Virus record (IMG/VR): IMGVR_UViG_3300036770_007034
Span: 1-64,000 of that record
DNA length: 64,000 nt
Strand: one strand, 5' to 3'
Source: a virus
Shown here: positions 55,880 to 64,000 of the stretch, in pieces
How positions within the stretch are numbered: position 1 is the stretch's first letter
Layout: every line of letters begins with the position of its first letter
Translations under genes and position numbers: made by a program
Notes under the pieces: model-generated
Databases searched by the model: none
The model's input: only the letters and a program-made list of their open reading frames with translations
What the model was told of the DNA's origin: nothing

Positions 55880-57164
55880 CACACTATGTATGGCTCCCTG
55901 GACTCACACTTATCTGAGTCCTCAGACCGAGCGCCGTATGTGCTGTGCCAGCCGCGAGCCTGCGCAGAACTTCCAGCAGTACATTGATACCAAGGCCGGC
56001 ACGGGTCAATATATCCCCATCACCTTAGAAGAACATTGGAACGGCGATCACATGCGATCGGTGCGCAGGCGTATGATGGCAGGAGAGACTTTACCAGAGT
56101 GCGATGTGTGCAATAGTAAATTATTGAACACCGATGTGTACCGCAGTTATTTCAATGGGTTGTTTGGACACAAGTATGAAGAAGCCATGCGCCAGACCGA
56201 TCTAGATGGGCGCACTGACATGAAGCCGGTGAGCTGGGACTATCGCTTCTCGAATCTCTGCAATTTCAAATGTCGTATGTGCGGCGATATGTTGAGCAGT
56301 AGTTGGGAAAGCGAACAGCGCCAACACAACATGATCAACTGGGCGGATCCCAAAAACAATTGGATGATTCCGTCAGTGCGTCGTGAAATAAGTAAGTTCC
56401 AAGACACCCAGATCGAAGCTGAGTTTGCAGAAGCAGTGGAAGAACACCGTGTGGAAGAGATCTACTGGGTAGGCGGAGAACCGCTAATGTATGAGCAACA
56501 CTGGCGATACATGCGACGTATCGTCGAGCTGGGCGATGGACCAAGACTATATGCTAGATATAATACTAATCTCAGTCGCGTGGATTATCGTGGCGTCAAT
56601 CTTTATAGTGATATCCTTCGACATGTTAGGGACTGGCAGATCTGCGCCAGTCTCGACGGCACAGGAGCCACAGGAGAATACATCCGTACTGGACTTGACT
56701 ATGATCAATGGCGAGAAAACTTTGCCCGAGGACTGGACATATCCCGCCATCGTAGGCAGATGCGCATCGACTTCACACTCACTCTACCTGGACTATTTGA
56801 AGTGGGAAGAATACAAGAACTCGCCGACGAATTCCAAGTCGACATCCTAGCCAAGGTGATCTTTGCTTTCAGTCCAGATATCGTCATGAGTCCTTTGGCC
56901 TTGCCTAGGTCAGTGCTAGATCGCAAGATCGACGAAGTACTCCGATCAGTATCTAGTCCGGCACTGCGAGATGTATTGGTGCAACTGAAGAATCGTCCCA
57001 CGTTTGAGGAACAATGGCCGGATCAATGGAAAGCAGGCTTGATCAAAGGAAAGCAACGCATAAAAACTCTCGAAAGCATACGTTCAGATACATACACATT
57101 CGAAGATATAATAAAGGAAGATACAGACATCTATGAGTGGTGGCAAAATATTAGATCAGATTGA
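55869..57164 (+). CDS. N-terminal twitch-domain radical SAM enzyme 5
   Basis: CMAPW..MCC..CDVC; CNFKCRMC; GGEP. Confidence 0.9.
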   Translation: MKPDTLCMAPWTHTYLSPQTERRMCCASREPAQNFQQYIDTKAGTGQYIPITLEEHWNGDHMRSVRRRMMAGETLPECDVCNSKLLNTDVYRSYFNGLFGHKYEEAMRQTDLDGRTDMKPVSWDYRFSNLCNFKCRMCGDMLSSSWESEQRQHNMINWADPKNNWMIPSVRREISKFQDTQIEAEFAEAVEEHRVEEIYWVGGEPLMYEQHWRYMRRIVELGDGPRLYARYNTNLSRVDYRGVNLYSDILRHVRDWQICASLDGTGATGEYIRTGLDYDQWRENFARGLDISRHRRQMRIDFTLTLPGLFEVGRIQELADEFQVDILAKVIFAFSPDIVMSPLALPRSVLDRKIDEVLRSVSSPALRDVLVQLKNRPTFEEQWPDQWKAGLIKGKQRIKTLESIRSDTYTFEDIIKEDTDIYEWWQNIRSD

Positions 57165-58227
57165 GATCGAACTCAGGGATTTTGATACCAAATCAAAATC
57201 CAAGATCTATATCAATGTTTATGAAAACACTTTGTCAGAAAAGTGGCTGTCTTCTCTTGATGTACTGCTGAAAAATCAGTACCATCTGGAAAAAAATTAT
57301 TGTTTTTTTGGCTTCGCCGACAACAAAAGAGATGGCGAATATATCTTGGATGCTGTAAATTCCAGCATCGACGCTATCAATCGGGCCGACATTGGCTACC
57401 ACATCGACGATCATTTTGACTTGTCTACCACGCTGTATGATGGGCCCGTGGGGGAAGGTCTTCCTGGACTGAAACTCATCCATGATCGTATGAATTGGCT
57501 GCATAGGTATTTCGAAGATCTACAAGGAGTGAGCGGCCAGATATCTCAGTTCGCAAAAAAAGCTGATCCAGCAACACAATGGCACATCCGTCAACTCAAT
57601 TTGTTGTGCCATGAGTTTGAATCCTGGGCACTGAGTTATAGGAACAAGATAGTGGCTCCGCAATGGCAACGACCCAGCCAACTGATGTGTTGGCTGAACG
57701 CCCCGAGATTTGTGTTAGAACAAGACGACTATGAATTATTTGGCATTGACACTATAAACAGGCCGCTGGGCGGAGTATTTGTCGGCGTCAACAAAGCCAT
57801 CGGTAAACACCACTGGGAAGTGTTCAATGACGAAGGACGCGACAGCAGGATAGATGAATTGGTATCTACTACGCTGAGGAGCCAGACCGAAGCTGCCGGA
57901 GATTTTGACATCGAATGGGCAAACAATCCCGGCGAATTCAAATGGCAGAAAATCAAGATCGCAGAATTCCGTCAGTGGCTGATAGACAACGGCTTCGACC
58001 CCGAAGACAAGAGCCTCACGATAGGTCATCCGCAAGTGGGGCAAGTCAACTTAGAGCGCAGTTTCAAAACCACAGATTACACGACCATATGGAACACGCT
58101 CAATCAACAGTTGGACGTATGGTCGATCAAGACCAGCAATAATTATGCGGTCTATGATTATCATTGGAGCGACCCTGATTTTCAACAACGACAGATCGAT
58201 ATATTATCAAAAGGAAGACAATCATGA
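57133..58227 (+). CDS. Hypothetical protein
   Basis: 364 aa, overlapping both neighbours; no family recognised. Confidence 0.75.
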   Translation: MSGGKILDQIEIELRDFDTKSKSKIYINVYENTLSEKWLSSLDVLLKNQYHLEKNYCFFGFADNKRDGEYILDAVNSSIDAINRADIGYHIDDHFDLSTTLYDGPVGEGLPGLKLIHDRMNWLHRYFEDLQGVSGQISQFAKKADPATQWHIRQLNLLCHEFESWALSYRNKIVAPQWQRPSQLMCWLNAPRFVLEQDDYELFGIDTINRPLGGVFVGVNKAIGKHHWEVFNDEGRDSRIDELVSTTLRSQTEAAGDFDIEWANNPGEFKWQKIKIAEFRQWLIDNGFDPEDKSLTIGHPQVGQVNLERSFKTTDYTTIWNTLNQQLDVWSIKTSNNYAVYDYHWSDPDFQQRQIDILSKGRQS

Positions 58228-58325
58228 AATGGATACGCAATCTTATAAACAAAATCAAGTTAGAAATACGCTATCGCAAGAAGCTAAAAGAACTGCGCAA
58301 ACGAGATCCTTTTATCTATAAATGA
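58224..58325 (+). CDS. Unannotated 33 aa basic peptide ending DPFIYK
   Basis: MKWIRNLINKIKLEIRYRKKLKELRKRDPFIYK fills the gap exactly, with ATGA overlaps at both ends and an AAGGA SD. Confidence 0.75.
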   Translation: MKWIRNLINKIKLEIRYRKKLKELRKRDPFIYK

Positions 58326-59806
58326 AACACATACTAGGTATCAGTGCTGGGTTCCATGACGCGGCTGTGAGTGTGGTACGCGAAGATGGAGAGATCGTTT
58401 TCGCTGGGCATTCTGAACGCTACAGCAAGATCAAGAATGATCCCACGATACATCCTGATCTCTTGAAGGAATGTTGCGATTATGAGTTTGACACCGTGGC
58501 GTTCTACGAGCGTCCGTGGATGCACAACTATCAGCAATGGCGTAGTGGACAAAAGGCCTATGGTTCCTGGACTACCCGCCAAGCTATCCGTCAGCATCTA
58601 GGCGAGTGGTATCAACATCCTGCACGCCGAGAAGTCAGCTTCCGGCATCATCTCAGCCATGCTGCCGCAGGATTCCAGACGAGTACATTTGACAATGCCG
58701 CTGTTGTAGTGATCGATGCCATTGGAGAGATGGATACTATCTCCATCTATTCTGCCGGATACTCACACGACGGCAACGCTCAATATAATCTCGTATGGCG
58801 TCAAGGATACCCACACAGCATTGGGTTGTTTTACTCAGCGATAACAAAAGCCGTGGGACTCAAACCCATGGAGGAAGAATACATCACCATGGGCATGGCT
58901 GCTTATGGTACCGACCTTGGCACTGCCTGGATGCGAGATCAGTTTGTCGAGGATGTTGAAACAGCCCGGTTCAAACAAAACTTGCACATCGGATTTGACG
59001 AATACGATCTGAGTTTCACCCATGCCGAAGACATTGCCGCGTCTGCACAAAGACTCACAGAAGAGCTGATCATGAACATCATACGTCGAGCCAGGCAAAT
59101 GATCAACAGCGACAATCTCGTCTACATGGGAGGTGTAGCACTCAACTGTGTAGCGAACACTAGACTAGGACAGATATATGACAAAATATGGATCATGCCG
59201 AACCCGGGCGATGCGGGTTCCAGCCTTGGCGCAGCCGCGCTGGCTTACAGGAAACGGCTTTGCTGGCGCGATGCTTTTCTTGGCCACGATATTGCTGGCC
59301 CTTACCCTGTTCGCGACATTCTTGATCGTCTTATTACCCATCGCATTGTTGGTGTGGCTAGTGGGCGTAGTGAATTCGGTCCACGAGCACTTGGAAACCG
59401 AAGTTTATTGGCCGATCCCCGAGGACCAGACATCAAAGATCGAGTCAACGAAATCAAAAGACGACAAAAATTCCGTCCCTTCGCACCCGTCATACTAGAA
59501 GAAGTGGCTGATGATTATTTTGAAATGCCCCAAGGTTGGGCACGTAGTGATTACATGCAGATGGTAGCCAGAGTACGCAGACCGGATCTTTATCCTGCTA
59601 TCACACATGCAGATGGTACAGCCCGAGTACAGACCGTCCCTCCAGGAGATAGTGGTATCCGTAGATTACTCGAAGAGTGGTATGTACTGACAGGATGTCC
59701 AATGTTGCTCAATACTTCGTTGAACATTCGAGGCGAACCCATGGTCGATGATCGTGCTGATGCTGATCGATTTGAAAAACTATATGGCGTGGCCGTCTGT
59801 AGCTAA
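58322..59806 (+). CDS. O-carbamoyltransferase (CmcH/NodU/TobZ family)
   Basis: 'GFHDAA', 'ERYSKIKND', 'HHLSHAA', 'DAIGE', 'GGVALNCVAN', 'GDAGSSLGAA', 'EFGPRALGNRS', 'RPFAP', 'LLNTSLN'. Confidence 0.95.
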   Translation: MKHILGISAGFHDAAVSVVREDGEIVFAGHSERYSKIKNDPTIHPDLLKECCDYEFDTVAFYERPWMHNYQQWRSGQKAYGSWTTRQAIRQHLGEWYQHPARREVSFRHHLSHAAAGFQTSTFDNAAVVVIDAIGEMDTISIYSAGYSHDGNAQYNLVWRQGYPHSIGLFYSAITKAVGLKPMEEEYITMGMAAYGTDLGTAWMRDQFVEDVETARFKQNLHIGFDEYDLSFTHAEDIAASAQRLTEELIMNIIRRARQMINSDNLVYMGGVALNCVANTRLGQIYDKIWIMPNPGDAGSSLGAAALAYRKRLCWRDAFLGHDIAGPYPVRDILDRLITHRIVGVASGRSEFGPRALGNRSLLADPRGPDIKDRVNEIKRRQKFRPFAPVILEEVADDYFEMPQGWARSDYMQMVARVRRPDLYPAITHADGTARVQTVPPGDSGIRRLLEEWYVLTGCPMLLNTSLNIRGEPMVDDRADADRFEKLYGVAVCS

Positions 59807-60535
59807 TTGTTTTTCTGTCAGATACGGAATAAGATAATCCCGAGTCCAATGCAAGTATCCTGCAGGATTAGGATGACCATCGATTTCTTGCATGTTTGAT
59901 GCCCTAGCAACATCGCCTAAATAATCAATTTTGTCGATCATGGATTTTATGTTGGCACCGATAGAAACTTGACATAGATCTGGTGTAGGATCCATCCAGC
60001 TAGTAAAAATAAATTGGAATTTTTTCTGCTTCAAGTAAGATTCTAGTGCGATAATTTTCAAACAACTTTCATATATCTGAGCTGTTGGGGAAATAATTTT
60101 TTTGTACTGACGACAAAGTTTATCTATTTCCGAATTACCGTCGACTTGATTGAAGATAGACATAGTCGACCATACATCGTCGAACCTATAAGCTCCCATA
60201 TGATGCCAATCATGTACTATTTCTTTTTCAGTGATCACATCTGTTCTTGTAAGGCCAGACCACATCACGATTACTAGAGTATCATCGGGGTTGATTTCAC
60301 GATTAGTTTCAATTTCATTGATTACGCTATTGAAGATGTGATTGCTTCCGGCTCCGCTTTGGCTGCAATCATATACTTCGTCAAAGTTTGCTAAGTCTCT
60401 AAGATAGTAGGGCCAACTGCAAGCCACTGAATCATGATTATTGAAAGTAAAACTACATCCACTGACCAAAAGTTTTCTATACTTTGATTGATGGGTCGGT
60501 GCGAAGTCTCTCTGAATAATTCTTTTTTTCGCCAT
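59780..60535 (-). CDS. SGNH/GDSL-like hydrolase or acyltransferase
   Basis: Start moved to ATG 60535 (MAKKRII). Block I 'VSGCSFT', 'SGAGSN', C-terminal 'DGHPN..G' (D-x-H). Confidence 0.7.
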   Translation of the reverse strand: MAKKRIIQRDFAPTHQSKYRKLLVSGCSFTFNNHDSVACSWPYYLRDLANFDEVYDCSQSGAGSNHIFNSVINEIETNREINPDDTLVIVMWSGLTRTDVITEKEIVHDWHHMGAYRFDDVWSTMSIFNQVDGNSEIDKLCRQYKKIISPTAQIYESCLKIIALESYLKQKKFQFIFTSWMDPTPDLCQVSIGANIKSMIDKIDYLGDVARASNMQEIDGHPNPAGYLHWTRDYLIPYLTEKQLATDGHAI

Positions 60536-61563
60536 TATAGATAAGACTCTAAACCACCGCGTCGTCTGACGTCTTGGGTGCAACAACTGATACCGCCGTC
60601 CCAGAAATAACTGTGCCGCAGTTCGCAGATGATGGGCTCTATCTTGTGCTTTTTACAGAATTCAAAAACATCTCGATTATAAGCACTGAAAATCACATTC
60701 TGCTCATCTAGCACTAGGCAGTTGACATCAAACACTGTTTCAGAAACAAAACCTGTCCATTTATTGAGATAGGTATCAACAAACTCGGCGAATTGTGGAG
60801 TAGGTGTCTGTCCTTGTACATACCATCGACCGTTGAAGTTTTCTTCTTTGAACTTACCTACTTCCATGGCTGCCCATATACTCGAATCCCAAATCTTCAA
60901 TACTTCCCATCCGGGAAAGTCTGCGGCAAGATCTAGATTCACATCGTGTTTGCTGGACAGGATTACACCGGGTTTGAGGATGGCAAACACCGCATCTCCA
61001 TGTCCATCTGTGACTGCTTCATGTATGCGATACTCGGGTCCGAGCACATTGTCTACTATCCAGCGACTCTGATCCGGGCGCAAAAATTCACTGTTGTCAA
61101 AAAATACATCTCTGCCAACTCTGACTATGCAACTGGCACTGGCCCCATTTAGAATACAATCAGCATCGTAGTCATCTCCATGCGGACTGATCACTGAATC
61201 GCCGTAGGATGAGCAGATGTCATTGAGTTCTGACACTGGCAAGACTCTTAGGAGTTTTTGTCCCAGTGTTATCTGCCAATCTCTCGGAGTCAACGGAGGC
61301 AGAGGTGCCTCATGTCCTTGGGTCTGCCATTCTTGGAATTGATGGATATCCGGCAAAAAAGGTCTACGCACCACAGATCCGTATGACTCTATGGTCTTTT
61401 GTAAGTTATCGAGATCTTCGGCGGTCTCGGATAGTATCTGCTGTAGCTGATTCTTGACCTGTGCATCATTGATGAAATCAAAATACTCGGGCTCGTAAGC
61501 ACGTCCTACGATAACTTCTTCCAATGGTTGCCAGCTGGTATAACTGTTTACGATATTTTGCAT
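60535..61563 (-). CDS. Amidinotransferase (AGAT/StrB1-like, pentein fold)
   Basis: 'VNSYTSWQPLEEVIVG', 'PRD', 'GHGD', C-terminal 'GGISCCT.DVRR' with the catalytic Cys. Confidence 0.88.
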   Translation of the reverse strand: MQNIVNSYTSWQPLEEVIVGRAYEPEYFDFINDAQVKNQLQQILSETAEDLDNLQKTIESYGSVVRRPFLPDIHQFQEWQTQGHEAPLPPLTPRDWQITLGQKLLRVLPVSELNDICSSYGDSVISPHGDDYDADCILNGASASCIVRVGRDVFFDNSEFLRPDQSRWIVDNVLGPEYRIHEAVTDGHGDAVFAILKPGVILSSKHDVNLDLAADFPGWEVLKIWDSSIWAAMEVGKFKEENFNGRWYVQGQTPTPQFAEFVDTYLNKWTGFVSETVFDVNCLVLDEQNVIFSAYNRDVFEFCKKHKIEPIICELRHSYFWDGGISCCTQDVRRRGGLESYL

Positions 61564-62738
61564 GATTGTTGTATTCTGTTGAGCAAGGTACTTAACCTAT
61601 CTATCTTGGATGCCATGAATAATTCTTGATTCCATATGAGATCACTTCGGCAGCTGAGATACATCTGGTGGAGATTAGTCGCGCATAATCTTTCTACTTC
61701 TAAACAAGCTCGATTCCAGCGCTCTGTGGTATTTTCTATCTGATCATAACTGTGATCAATCACATGATCGAATGTTCTGTATCCCATGTTTCGTAATTGT
61801 TGTATACTACCTGCAGCTCCGACAAGAACGAAAGGCTGACAATGCTTGATAGGTTTGAATGTCTTTTCTGTGAGGAACACTCCGCCACTTTGATCTACAT
61901 CCATATGAGTTTCTATTACTACATTGAGATAACTGTCCGAGAAATGTTTGTCTACAGTACTGGCATAAAGGTTATGCGTAGTACTATCTAGATCATCAGC
62001 ATGGAATGGACAACTCTTCAAAAACTCTTTGGTAATGGATCGTAAATCTCCGAAGCTATCGACTTCTATAGGATTGTCATCTTCGGGTTCTCCCACAGCG
62101 ATATTGGGATTATAAGAGAAATAACTGTGTTGATGTAATCCAAGATACCAGAATCTCGCCATGGTTGTGGCTCTCCACCATTTGTGTGTTCTTACTAACG
62201 CAGTGAAATGGCGACTCCGAAGATTTTCGTGATAGTCCAATGCTGGACTTTTATTGCGTAGTTGATATAGGAATTCGTCATCAACAAAATGTGTGAACCC
62301 AGTGATAGATGAAGCCGCGCTGTTGGCGCTGGTAAATTGTATCATCTTAGGATCTATTTCGTGTTGCTGACATAATTGATCGAGATGCTCTCGTATGCGT
62401 TGAGGATTATCACCTTCGCTGTAAAAAAACCAAACAGTAAGACTCTTCGACCTAAGTTTTTCTTTGATCATAGTAGGCATGATAGAAAACCAATCAACCT
62501 CAAAATCAAAGTAACTGATGCTGATAGGATATAAAGTATGTCGGTCGGCCTGTGTCCAATCAACAAACTGATATTCTATTCCGCACCGATCAAGATATTC
62601 AAAAAAATGCACAGGTTCGCTGAATGGCCAGTTGACGCTGAACTGTCTCCACTCGGGGGTGTAAGGTCTAGCCTCCCATCGAGCGAGGTTGGGGTAAGGA
62701 CGTCCGTCTACAAATCGATCTATACAAAACTTTACCAC
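61548..62738 (-). CDS. 'TEK' family glycosyltransferase-like protein
   Basis: 'NVVIETH...FLTEKTFKPI...QPFVLVG...LRNMGYRTFDHVIDHSYD'. Confidence 0.65.
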   Translation of the reverse strand: MVKFCIDRFVDGRPYPNLARWEARPYTPEWRQFSVNWPFSEPVHFFEYLDRCGIEYQFVDWTQADRHTLYPISISYFDFEVDWFSIMPTMIKEKLRSKSLTVWFFYSEGDNPQRIREHLDQLCQQHEIDPKMIQFTSANSAASSITGFTHFVDDEFLYQLRNKSPALDYHENLRSRHFTALVRTHKWWRATTMARFWYLGLHQHSYFSYNPNIAVGEPEDDNPIEVDSFGDLRSITKEFLKSCPFHADDLDSTTHNLYASTVDKHFSDSYLNVVIETHMDVDQSGGVFLTEKTFKPIKHCQPFVLVGAAGSIQQLRNMGYRTFDHVIDHSYDQIENTTERWNRACLEVERLCATNLHQMYLSCRSDLIWNQELFMASKIDRLSTLLNRIQQSCKIS

Positions 62739-63781
62739 GACATTGCCATAGTTGATAATTCATTCCACAAGAGATCTTCAAATCCTTGTCCGTAAAACCA
62801 TTGGAAATTATGTTCGACTATAGGGACAAGATGTCTATGTAATTGTTGTTTTTCTTTTTGGGTCATATTGTGTAAATCACTCAACAATTTTCCTATACGC
62901 ATAATCCTAGCATCGTCGTTGTATTCGTCGTAGTCTTCGTTCCAAAATTCTCCAAATGTACGAAATCCGTAGCTTCTAAGATACTCCAGGCTTCCTTGAC
63001 ATGACACCAACACAAAAGGTTGTTGCATCACGATCGGCTTGAACGTTTTTTCTGTGAGGTGATGACGCCGACCTTGATACACAGTTTCTGTTACTACATG
63101 TAGCAGACTTTGATTGGCCAAAGACCACATGTCAACTTGGTGACTGTTTCCAGCATGATGCGCTCCATGATCAATCACTAATGGCAATTCTACATGTCCT
63201 AGTGGAATATCGTACTCTACACAGAGATCTCTCACATCGCGATTCTCATAAGGGCACACCGAAGGAAAACTAATCAAGTTATCTTCAACGAGTTCTCGAT
63301 CTACTAACTCGTTTAGTAGTTCTAATCTATGCCGTCTTTTTCCTCCGATGATGTTGTTGGGACAAAGGAATGTGTATTCTGGTATTCGATCTCGGAACTG
63401 AGTATAAGTCAAGATACGATTATATCCTCGATACCAGTCTAGACAAGCCCATCCGTGGAAAAAATAATATTCACTATCCCATCCGTATCTTTCACACACT
63501 GCATCAACAAATTCACTGTTTTTTTCGCTTGTGACCAATGTAGTACGACGACTACGGAATGTGTCAGCAAAACGATCTAGCGTATCGCGATGCACATCGA
63601 GATGTATGGGTTCTTGATCCCAGAACAAAAAGTTCCGCGACATCTCTTCAATATAGGGCAGTTGGCACAGCGATTCAAAGTCAGTACGACCAAAAGGATC
63701 AAAAAAATGGCTGCATTGGCCAGGTCGAGATTGTATTAGTGGAACAAAAATGTTACTATATATTTCATCGATACGAATCAT
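62732..63781 (-). CDS. 'TEK' family glycosyltransferase-like protein
   Basis: 'DQEP', 'FLCPN...KRRHR', 'HVVTETVY...LTEKTFKPI..QQPF...LRSYGFRTF..FWNEDYD'. Confidence 0.65.
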   Translation of the reverse strand: MIRIDEIYSNIFVPLIQSRPGQCSHFFDPFGRTDFESLCQLPYIEEMSRNFLFWDQEPIHLDVHRDTLDRFADTFRSRRTTLVTSEKNSEFVDAVCERYGWDSEYYFFHGWACLDWYRGYNRILTYTQFRDRIPEYTFLCPNNIIGGKRRHRLELLNELVDRELVEDNLISFPSVCPYENRDVRDLCVEYDIPLGHVELPLVIDHGAHHAGNSHQVDMWSLANQSLLHVVTETVYQGRRHHLTEKTFKPIVMQQPFVLVSCQGSLEYLRSYGFRTFGEFWNEDYDEYNDDARIMRIGKLLSDLHNMTQKEKQQLHRHLVPIVEHNFQWFYGQGFEDLLWNELSTMAMSW

Positions 63782-64000
63782 GTTTGACGTTTTTTACCTA
63801 AACAAACCCACTGGATTATTTCCACATGAGCGATCTGCTGACAGCATCGAGCATGCCTGTGAAATGTCGCGCACGAGATACTTATGGGTAGTAGACGGTC
63901 ATAATGACTATTCTCGGCACGACTGGTTGTGGGAACCTGTGCCATGGGAAGGTGAGCAGACACACGTATGGCCCAGCCAGCATCAAGAGAATGGCGGCAC
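63780..64000 (+). CDS. Partial ORF, GT-A-like repeat protein related to 47687-48616
   Basis: Not in the ORF track. MFDVFYLNKPTGLFPHERSADSIEHACEMSRTRYLWVVDGHNDY... is open to the window end; 'A...SRTRYLWVVDG' matches 'AAEASETDRFVLIDG'. Confidence 0.65.
   Translation, partial: MFDVFYLNKPTGLFPHERSADSIEHACEMSRTRYLWVVDGHNDYSRHDWLWEPVPWEGEQTHVWPSQHQENGG

Noticed and set aside
59780-59806. 27 bp convergent overlap as an antisense control element
   Set aside because: Short tail-to-tail overlaps are common in compact phage genomes and no further signal was seen.
63778-63963. 61 aa minus-strand ORF in the track
   Set aside because: It is antisense to a more credible plus-strand ORF from 63780 that resembles the 47687 protein.
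1-64000. CRISPR array, tRNA genes, stop-codon recoding, inteins
   Set aside because: No regular direct repeats or cloverleafs were noticed. Code 11 gives dense full-length genes ending in all three stops. Portal, gp46 and gp47 have normal lengths with no intein motifs.

Overview
A 64 kb segment of a large T4-like (probably jumbo) myovirus genome in standard genetic code. All protein calls come from motif recognition and gene order; no database search was run. Left arm, minus strand: head module (partial gp23 major capsid, gp22 scaffold, gp21 protease, two core proteins, gp20 portal) and a tape-measure-like protein with a lytic-transglycosylase domain. Next: a gp26-like chaperone with a probable -1 frameshift into a gp51-like frame, and a 3-gene cassette including an aminoacyl-tRNA-protein transferase-like protein. 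A ~430 nt highly structured non-coding region lies directly behind a small GIY-YIG nuclease at the end of the gp55-gp47-gp46 operon. Middle, plus strand: baseplate/tail operon (gp53, hub, gp5-like spike, gp25, gp6, a 4835 aa giant protein, fibres). Right arm: a ~18.5 kb tailoring-enzyme island with GT-A glycosyltransferases, a repeated 'TEK' glycosyltransferase-like family, five N-terminal-twitch radical SAM enzymes, an O-carbamoyltransferase, an SGNH-like protein and an amidinotransferase. The best candidates for undescribed biology are the GIY-YIG plus structured RNA unit, the radical-SAM/glyco-tailoring island, the gp26/gp51 frameshift and the ATE-like cassette. No tRNA, rRNA or CRISPR array was seen.
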